DNA of 64,000 nucleotides from an uncultured Pseudomonadales bacterium. GTDB lineage: Bacteria; Patescibacteriota; Microgenomatia; UBA1400; UBA1449. Each line of letters begins with the position of its first letter. The first letter of the stretch is position 1. The position numbers and the translations under genes are program-made. Below are positions 1 to 9,000 of the stretch, in pieces. The notes beneath the pieces were generated by a model, which was not told where the DNA came from, searched no databases, and saw nothing but the letters and a program-made list of their open reading frames with translations. The stretch is taken from positions 76,256-140,255 of the forward strand of contig CAYLQQ010000001.1 of NCBI GenBank assembly GCA_964386355.1, given 5' to 3'.

Positions 1-3000
1 AATAATCATAAGTAAACTTGCGACCTTGGTATTCTCCTGATTGAACTTCCAATCCGCTTCCTATTGAACCATTTTCACCCAGCGAAGGAGCATTTCCTTC
101 ATTCCAACTGGCTGCACCCCCGCCTGTAATAAAACTTTCCCCAGAAGGGAGTATACTTTGAATCGAAGCAGAACCTAAAGTCGTATCAGTATGTACATTA
201 CCAGACCCAATCTGCCACCAAGGAACAGCTGGGGTGGGTGGAGGAAAAGCGCTGACTCCAAAATCAGCTCTGCCTGAACCTGCAGATGACGCCCATGCAG
301 TCTTATGTGGTAGTTCTGATAATGTATAAGCTGTGGTTTGGTTGTAAGCTATTGCTGTCTTTGGACTTGTAGAATAATACGGACTTATACTTCTTACGTA
401 GGCACTATGATTTTCAAATAAATCAAATTTTAGATATACCTCATAGTTACCATATGATCCACTCGGAAGTGGTAAGACATAGTACCCACCATACCCAGTG
501 TGATCACTACTGATTCCACTATCCGTTGATAAGTAAAACTTCCATGAATCAGTATCGATTCTTTCATCTGCCTCGAAAGTTCCATTTTTATTAATGTCAA
601 CTTGGTAAGGCCAGCAACATTCTGACATCCCGCTATCCAAAGGATAGGACTTACAAGTTCCTATGGGATTTGTACCGCAATCACAACCACCTGTTGATCC
701 CCGACGGCAATCCTGGAAGCCATTCTGGTTTCGATCGTACCAGACGTAGCCGACAATTTGAGCTGGAGTTACCCCAACAGCTACATCCTTACTGATCTCA
801 CTAGCCGCACATCCTATCTTATCGACTTTAAGGGTAACTTTCTTTGTCCCTTCAGTACTGTACCGTTTAGAGCTATTTTGGGTTGTAGCATCCACTGTCC
901 CGTCCGTTTCAAAATCCCACCACCATTTCTCAGGCCCATTTGTCGAAGTATCAGTAAATATAAACGTAGTAGACGTAGTACCAGATGCAGATACAGGTTC
1001 GATGGAAAAATCAGCTACAGGACAAGCTATAGCCGAAGTTATAGCCATATCTTTTGTACACGTTGCTGTTAAGCCATTTGAAACTACATCAAGTGATATC
1101 GTCCACGTGCCTGTATTGGGGAAATTGACGTCAGTGAATGGATTGGCATTGTAGGTGGCTGGAGTTCCATAGGGGTTTTGCCAATTTAATATATATGTCC
1201 CATTACCTCCTCCAAGAATAGCATTAAAGGTGAATATTGTATTAGTGTTTCCTGATGACGGAGTACTGGTAATTTGACAATATGGGGCTTCTGCCACACA
1301 TGCAGTCCCAACTCGCTTGTATCCAAGTTTGCATCCATATTCACACTTTGCGCTTGTATCTGTATCTTGGTAATTCCATTGAGTTCCCTCTAGCACTGGT
1401 ACCGTATTCTCATCAGCACCATACACTTCATATGTGCCCTCAGCCTCACCATATTTTGGGAGAACACCTCCGCATGTAACCGGAACACACGCAGATCCGT
1501 CCCACAAGTAACCATCCAGACACTCGTATTCACACTTAGTAGTGGTACAGTCTGTTTTTACTGACCAGTTTGTTACTCCAGTGAGGCCGGTATCATCTCC
1601 ACTGCATTGCTGAGCATATGGGTCTGTAGACGGCGTCCCACCGCAGATGTACTTGTACTGGCATTTAGTGGCAGTATCAGATACTGATAATGTCCAATCT
1701 GTAGCTGAAGTCAGATCGTTTGATTCTTCAGTGTCATACGCCTGTGCTCCTGAGGGGATTGTCCCACCACAGACGTACTTGTACTGGCATTTAGTGGCAG
1801 TATCAGTAGCTGAGAATGTCCAGTCCGTGCCCAACGGAGGATCTTCAGACTCTTCGCGATCGTGAGCTTGCGCCCCCCAAGGGATCGTGTCACCGCACGT
1901 AGGAATGATACATGCAGACCCATCCCAAACGTACCCAGTTTTACACTTGAAATGCCACCATAGATCTACGTACCCTGATGCTGGGGTTGTAAAGGTAGCA
2001 CTGGAACTATTTACCAGATAAGGAGCATAATTAGTTTCAGTTGTTCCTCCATTACTATGACAAGCAATCGAATTATCCGGGCATTTACTATACCAAACGT
2101 CCATATTCAAGTTAGCAGGAACCGCAACTGAACACGTTGTAGATGAATTTGCTTTTAAGGTAGTGAACGCATAACTGTTGGCTGTAGAAGTAAGGCTGCT
2201 CGTACCATCCTCACACGTTACCGTTAATCCACTAATGGGAGAACCGCGATGTCCAATCGGATCACGCATCTGTTTGAAACCCTGAACAGTGATCGCGTTA
2301 ACACAGGTACATGTACAGTTGGGACTTACACAAGCTGTACCGTTCCAATACGGCGGACCCCCCGGTTCACATACCCCGCTTGCGATACCCTTTGCTCTGG
2401 TACACGCTATTGAACCAGCCCACATTTTACCAGCCCCACAAGAGCTTATAATCCCAGCACTTACCTGACTGTTGCAGTATAAGTTTATTGCATCTTTATT
2501 AGATTCAGTATAATTGCACGCATCACCACACCTGCGTACGTACTCACATTTTGCTGCTGTACAGGAAGTAACTTCAGTATAGTTTTTATCAGTGGTCACA
2601 TCAGTGGCGTCAGCTGTATCACCAGCATCCTTACACAGGACGTACTTAGCAGTATCTCCGGGCGGATTTTGACACGACGCCTCTCTCCCCATCGTAAATC
2701 CCAAGCCGAACATAATGTCATACGGACAGCCATCACATTGCTCATGTGTAAACGTTGCACTACACCCAGATCCACTTATGTCAGTATTCGTTTTGTAATT
2801 ATGTAAATTCCAGGTAGTATTTGAACAATGATACCCACATCCTGAGGGGATAGATAATGTAGCTGTAGTTTCACCGGTAAATTTATTACTCTCAAAGTAC
2901 GGCCCTTCTGAAGGTGTTTGCCAATTTACGCCTCCTTTCGTATGAGATATATTTACTCCTATTCTGTTTGCACAGCTTACCGTGCCGGGACCCCAGCGTA

Positions 3001-3449
3001 ACGTACCGGTGTTATATGCAAATACTGTACCGTTAAATGCTGTATCAACTAGTTTATTGTGCACCGCAACACCCTCGGCAAAGAAGGTTTTGTTTGAGTC
3101 AACTGAAATATTATAAACCTGGGTTGGTTTGAGAACTTTCTCTATAGATGTGACTATATCAGGGACAAGCGTTTTATCTTGCTGTATGTAGATCCGGTCG
3201 CCAATCAATATATTTTGTGCCTGGGTGAAGTTTGTATACTCTGATTCTACTTGTACCGAATTGGTTTGTGTGCGGTTTCCAATTAAACCAAGACCCACAA
3301 CAACAAACCCCGCAATGAATACTAAAGCGAGTATGATAAAACCTGGATTAACATGCGTACGGTTTTTATCCAACATAAGAGGTAGATTATGCTTGTTTGT
3401 TGAAGTTTGTCTCGTACTCATACTGGTCTTTTTGAGATTGGGTAGCATA
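1..3449 (-). CDS. Giant secreted Cys-rich surface protein, 5' partial (runs off window start); >1149 aa. N-terminal signal anchor, tandem ~47-aa Cys repeats (KCQYKYxCGG), PKD-like domain (WWDFETDGT), C-terminal domain paralogous to that of 6036..10823.
   Basis: Hand translation of the minus strand from ATG at 3449 stays open to position 1. The ORF track shows only short spurious plus-strand ORFs here. TM helix GFIILALVFIAGFVVVGLGLIG near the N-terminus. Motifs WWQIGSGNV and IQSILPSGESFITGGGAASWNEG match WWQVGIGNV and IQSIVPSGESLIESGGSATWNEG in the 1595-aa protein. Confidence 0.6.
1620..1870 (-). repeat. Intragenic tandem DNA repeat (2 near-identical ~140-bp units) encoding the repeated Cys module ...TDWT(F/L)S(A/V)(T/S)DTATKCQYKY(V/I)CGGT...
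   Basis: gtacttgtactggcatttagtggcagtatcag occurs at ~1651 and ~1783, with extended flanking similarity. Confidence 0.7.
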
Positions 3450-3572
3450 TTTTTTAGTCAATCAGCGATTGGGATGTGTTATCATATTATGTACCTGTTC
3501 CATATAAGCTCAAAATGGCAACAAAGCTGGTAATACCCCAGTTTCTGTCACAGCAAGATTTTTCAAATAGTA

Positions 3573-4232
3573 TTACCTCAACCCAATATCAATCTTAAAC
3601 TCTTTCCACCCATACTTCACATATGTCGTATAGCGATACCAAAGATTCTTAAGTTTTTGGGACATTGTTTTTGGAGGTTGGGGATTTGTACCGGTAAAAA
3701 TTGGGTGTTCCGCAGTAACGTTAATCTCTTTTCCTGAGGCAGTTTTGATAGTGAAGTATCCTTCGCTCGTAACAGAATATCGTTGTGTTACTGTATCAGC
3801 GCTTACTGAACCTGTTTTATCGTCAAAACTCATTACCTGATCTCCTATCTTTAATGCTTCAATCGCAAGCTCTCCACCCGGAGTTGCTACCTTGGTACCG
3901 GGGAGGAAACAACCACCGCCACAACAAGGAGCCCCTCCTGTATTAACATGCCAATAACGATATCTGCCCCAATGCCCTAACACGCCTCCTACAGAGCGTA
4001 GTTCACAAGGTCTATCCCAGAACATGTCTATGAGGGAATAAGCTGTCACTGACCCTGTGGGGTGTGCCATACAACCAGAATTATCATCTGCATAACACCT
4101 ATCTTCATCTGTAATTAGATTACATGTCTCTTGCGCATGTATAGCATGAACAAATTGATTGAAAAACCACAACCATAATATGACAATAAAACCAAAACGC
4201 AAACATTTACGTTTCATATTTATCAATATCAA
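3573..4232 (-). CDS. Secreted Hint/Hog-domain protein (Hedgehog/bacterial-intein-like autoprocessing domain). Signal peptide, ~80-aa 6-Cys N-terminal module, then a GGG|CFLPGTKV...TAEHPIFT Hint core.
   Basis: Hint motif A (G-CF-x-GT-x-V) and motif B (T-x-x-H-P-x-x-T) read directly. N-terminus MKRKCLRFGFIVILWLWFFNQFVHA is signal-like. The true start may be the M at 4217. Confidence 0.6.
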   Translation of the reverse strand: MILINMKRKCLRFGFIVILWLWFFNQFVHAIHAQETCNLITDEDRCYADDNSGCMAHPTGSVTAYSLIDMFWDRPCELRSVGGVLGHWGRYRYWHVNTGGAPCCGGGCFLPGTKVATPGGELAIEALKIGDQVMSFDDKTGSVSADTVTQRYSVTSEGYFTIKTASGKEINVTAEHPIFTGTNPQPPKTMSQKLKNLWYRYTTYVKYGWKEFKIDIGLR

Positions 4233-4243
4233 ATATTACTAAG

Positions 4244-4762
4244 CTATTTAGTTACGTAGTCAGTTATGAATTTACCATGTTCTTTACTAATCTGTGATAC
4301 TATTATGGAATCACCAATTTTAAAATCATCTAGAGTTAATTGTATTATCTTGTTCTTATAAGGCATATCCGGTTCCATTGATATACTACTCTCACTCTCT
4401 TCTGGGGGTTCATAAATCGAGGTGTTAAACTCCGTCTTATTTGTAACGTATACATCAATAAAATCATTAGGTGTCTCGAAGCTGCCTAATCTAATTCTCC
4501 CCGTCTTTAAATCAATATCAATAATGATTCCTTTTAAAATAGTATATATTCTATTATCTGTACCAATAGTAAATTGATATATTCTGCCATTTTTAATATT
4601 CTGGGTATTGACAGGACCGGTTTGAACCTCAACTCCGTTAATCGGTTGTGCATTATTTTTTGTACTATTTAAGCTAGTCACCATTTTATATCCAATATAA
4701 ATAAAAAATGTTATCGTAATTACTAGAAGTATTATAAAAATAGTAGATAAAAGATTTCTCAT
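4244..4762 (-). CDS. Membrane-anchored hypothetical protein (N-terminal TM, extracytoplasmic domain)
   Basis: 172-aa ORF. N-terminal hydrophobic helix IFIILLVITITFFIYIGY. Confidence 0.45.
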   Translation of the reverse strand: MRNLLSTIFIILLVITITFFIYIGYKMVTSLNSTKNNAQPINGVEVQTGPVNTQNIKNGRIYQFTIGTDNRIYTILKGIIIDIDLKTGRIRLGSFETPNDFIDVYVTNKTEFNTSIYEPPEESESSISMEPDMPYKNKIIQLTLDDFKIGDSIIVSQISKEHGKFITDYVTK

Positions 4763-4868
4763 TGATAAATAATCCTACGTTTTATATATAACATCCAGTA
4801 TACAATAATTAATACTTGGAAGTTCTATGAAGTTATAATGGAGCAATCAGCTATTAAACTAGCTCCTG

Positions 4869-5138
4869 TTATTGATAGACATTAATTGAAAGATTGCCTT
4901 CCAATTTAGATATTTCGTGGATTTCACCCATAATAAACTTACTTTCTGGCTTGTTTTTATCAAGCTGATATACCTGATTTTGGTCAATAAATTCCTGAAT
5001 TGTTTTTGAAGATTCTGATGTTTGCTCTGCTGATCTTGATTTAGAGCCAATCAATGTAAGGATAGTAATGGTCAGTACTATTCCCGCTATAAGAATAGCG
5101 ATCGCGGTCAATAGTTTCATGACACTATCGTAGCACAC
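4869..5138 (-). CDS. Small membrane-anchored hypothetical protein
   Basis: 89-aa ORF with TM LLTAIAILIAGIVLTITILTLIG. The overlapping ORF 4859..5050 in another frame is taken as spurious. Confidence 0.35.
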   Translation of the reverse strand: MCYDSVMKLLTAIAILIAGIVLTITILTLIGSKSRSAEQTSESSKTIQEFIDQNQVYQLDKNKPESKFIMGEIHEISKLEGNLSINVYQ

Positions 5139-5194
5139 TCACTGTATATTTTCTGGGTGGTTTATTGCATGCCCGGTGGGTCTTTTCCTTGAGA

Positions 5195-5779
5195 CTATCT
5201 ATTAGCTATCGCCAATTGAAGGGTACTTTCCAAACGGCACAAATTTCTTGCATCTACATTACGGGCATCTACATGTACCTGTTCAAAGACCCATTCTTTA
5301 CCCCGATTGACTTTACCAGTAAAATCAGCACTGGTTAAGCTTCGACTGGCAGCATCATACCTAAATTGACAGATCATAGTGCCATCTCTACCAAGAAACC
5401 TGCTCATATAATACTGCCCCATTGCGTCATTTCCTGTAGGTCCATCCATATAAGATACCGTTGTTTCTGATCCATCTTTCCTTACAACTCTAACGTCAGT
5501 AGGGAATTGTGAACCTGATTCTCCAGCTACAGTCACAGGCAAGAATTTTTCCTCTATTTGGGTACCATCAGAATCTACGACACATACCTGATACCCTAAA
5601 CTGGCGCCTCCTTTACCCCTTATAACTGAACAACTCACCCGCTCTTTCGTTCTGCCAGCCTCTGCATTCTTGGGTTCAGTCAAAGCGTTAAAACCTACAG
5701 CAGCCAAACTGGCTTTACAAGCTACCCGGCCAGCATCGATAAAAAATTGTCTTCTACTTTTTGCTTCTGTTTGTGACAT
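5195..5779 (-). CDS. Secreted hypothetical protein with twin-arginine (Tat)-like signal peptide
   Basis: N-terminus SRRQFFIDAGRVACKASLAAVGFNALTEPKNAEA: RRxFF motif, hydrophobic h-region, AxA-like site. Flanked by AT-rich intergenic DNA. Confidence 0.5.
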   Translation of the reverse strand: MSQTEAKSRRQFFIDAGRVACKASLAAVGFNALTEPKNAEAGRTKERVSCSVIRGKGGASLGYQVCVVDSDGTQIEEKFLPVTVAGESGSQFPTDVRVVRKDGSETTVSYMDGPTGNDAMGQYYMSRFLGRDGTMICQFRYDAASRSLTSADFTGKVNRGKEWVFEQVHVDARNVDARNLCRLESTLQLAIANR

Positions 5780-6035
5780 ATGGATAAATAATTTTTATAA
5801 CCTATATCATTGTCCTATATAAAGTATAGCACAAGCTGTCAAGAGTATACATACATATATGGATTCCATTAAATTAATCCATATTTATTAGTCTTTCTTC
5901 TATTATTGTTATTGTAAATATGCCATAACATCAAAATCATCTTAATCCGATAGTAAGTCAGTATGCACTTTTGATACAGAAAAGTATGGGAAAATTTATT
6001 TGCTTTTGTTGAATTAGAATTGTAATGGTTTTAGT

Positions 6036-9000
6036 TTAGTGGTTGACTTCACTCCAGACATACTGGTAGATTTTGAAGGCTTTGAGGTCTGACTCGGTAG
6101 TCTTGAGCGTATAGATCATATCTGCGTTGTGTTCAAACTTTTCCGCCGGTGTCTGGTTGTCAGCTCCCTGCATATGCCTCCAGAGATTCACCCCTCTCCA
6201 GCCGATCAACCCACCACGGATAAGTAGACGGTTGGCATCAACATCATCTTTGTATGAGCTTGTTGTAATATACTCATCCGCAATATAAAAGCCATCAAGT
6301 TGTGCTACTCCATCGCTTATGTAGATATTACCCTTCTGCCCTCCCGTACTATCCTGATTTCCCGATATAAGGACAAAGATGCCTCCTTTGTCAGTTATGA
6401 TGTCACCTAAGATATCCACCCTACCGCGGTACAGGATCGCTATTTGGCGAGAACCCAAATTAGTTACGCCGCTCGTGCTCCCGATTACCAGGGGAAATTG
6501 GTCAGCTTCAATCTCATAGATCCCGTTTGGCCACGATGCGATGTTTGCAACATCAGCTTTACTTTTCCCATACGTCGTATAGTCAGCCAGTTTATCCTGC
6601 CAAAACGCATAATTATAGGTATCCTTTTTGACATAGGTTCCTGCCTGAGCCTCCAGAGCATAGTCACCAAAATCTCCTCCCTGATCTGCATTATAATCTA
6701 TACCACCCTCGTTCCAGGTGGCTGATCCACCAGATTCAATCAGGCTCTCACCGCTGGGAACAATGCTCTGTATAGCCCTTTCTGTGCCTCCTCCGTAGTT
6801 TGAGAATACATTTCCGATACCAACCTGCCACCAAGCATCAGGGTAATTACCGCCGATAAGTTCAGAGTGGCAATTGTTAAAATTATATTCCCCGATAATC
6901 CTCCTGGTCATATAAAGGCTCAGGCCAGCTGCATCAAAATGGCAAACTTGTGTTTCAGAAGGTAAGTTTGGGTTGCCTTCAACTAATAGTTCCGGATTAG
7001 AACCGCTGCAGGTAAACCTCCGGTATTTTGTTTCTGATACATCAGCGTAGCCGGCAGCACTAAAACCAGTCACCATATCAGGAAAGGCAAATGTGACATC
7101 CAATGGATAGGTTTGCTCGGGTGGGCTGTACGTTTCTTCAGTATCACTATAGGGTGCTTGGTAAAAAATAAAGTTACAATTCTCTCCGCATCCAGACGCT
7201 TGTGATTGGTTTTCGTACTGCATTTTTTTATCCTGTGTTGCATCAGTTGCTGTTGTTAACAAGGGTTTCATATAGTAATTACCACCAATCTGTATGACAG
7301 CTCCACATACATCAGTCCCGGCATAGCTGTTGCTTTGGATACTGACTGAATATGATGAGCCTCCATTTATTGAGGTAGAGAAATACCCTGTATTATCAGT
7401 AATGAGTGGGGTAATTTTTATTGTATCATCTACAAGTACTGTAATACCCTCTATTCCGGGACCATCAGAGGAGTTACTTCGCACATAACCAGCTACAATA
7501 TAGGGTGTGACAAAGCCGATATTACAATTGGAAACTACAGGTGAAGATCGATAAACTGTTCCGCTTGCATCAGAAAAGTGCAAATTAGCTGTCAAGGGAA
7601 TCGTATAGTTTTTGTTCTCATTATATGTATGTGTTGCAATAACACTATCCATGCTAGGAGGTGGCGATACAGTTTGTGTGTCTGACCCATCTCCAAAATC
7701 AAGAGTAAGCGAGTAAACCTGTTCCCTACCGTTGACAGCCGCATTCTTAAATGTCGCGGCAAAGGGGAATGTGCTTGGAGAGATTGATACAAAATCGTTT
7801 ATACGGCAACTCGATTTTGGTAATGGGTACATTTGGAAATCACAACTGCTTGTGGCACATCCTCCAACTTGCGTTTGGTTGACATAACTCAATTTTCTGT
7901 CCAGATACGTTAAAGGAGGAAACTGGTAGCCCGATATTGACTGGCTGGGAATCGTGATTGAATAGGTATCACCTTCACATAAATCCAAAACCGTAGAATA
8001 GTTACCGCCACTGTCAGTCTTTAAACTGTACGTTTGTCCAGTTTTATCATGCTTGACCACAACATTTACATCTTTAATTACTGGTTTTGTCCCGACTAGT
8101 AACCCCTCTATATCATACCGACTACGAATATTACCTTTGATTTGCGTTTTTTGACATATAGTACCGACAGTAACTGCAGTATCACAGGTAGCTTGCCTGC
8201 CCCCATCATCGCTAACTGTAAGCACAGCTGATTTAATTCCTGAAGTTGTGTAGCTCGTTGTTACACTTGCACTAGTAAGGCTGCTATACCCTGTTGCTGA
8301 ACTATCTAATAGCCAATTAAAGCGTACAGTTCCTATTCCTCCCTGAGCGTCTCCCTGATGCGTAAAAATGTCGCTTCCAGTATTACCGCTTGTGGGATTT
8401 GAGCTTGCGTTACATGTCAAATTTGGAACAGTATTTACTGTGACTGTCGTATCACAACTGGCTTTTTTACCAGAGCTGTCTTGAATATTTAGGATTGCTT
8501 TTTTAGAACCGCCAGTTGAGTATTTTGTAGCTACACTAGAACTAGTCAGCACTCCACTCTCCAGGGCTGAATTATCAAGTGTCCAACTATACGTCACTGC
8601 GCCAATTTGGCCCGAAACCTCACTCAGGTGAGTAAATATGGTGTTGTTTGGATCACCGCTTAGTGGATTTGATGAGGCTTTGCAAGTCAATACTGCACCA
8701 TCAATCACAGTAACTGTCGTATCACAAGTAGCTTGCCGACCCAAGCTATCCCTGACTGTAAGGATGGCTTTTTTTGACCCTGAAGTTGAGTACTTTGTGC
8801 TTACATTGGATCCAGTTAGCGATCCTGGTTCTAATGCTGAACTATCAAGCGTCCAGTTATAGCTTACTGAACCAGACTGTCCTTGAACAGTGCCCTGGTG
8901 TATAAAAATTGTACTACCTGTAGTGCCTTCGATTTGATCAGAGGTGGCTGTACACGTTAATGCAGTTGCATTACACGATGAGCGTACTTCATTACTTTTT

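Noticed and set aside
758-1923. Short plus and minus ORFs (758..1072, 1282..1479, 1647..1865, 1711..1923) inside the first 3.4 kb
   Set aside because: They lie within or antisense to the long uninterrupted minus-strand reading frame of the giant protein. The compositions are low-complexity with no motifs.
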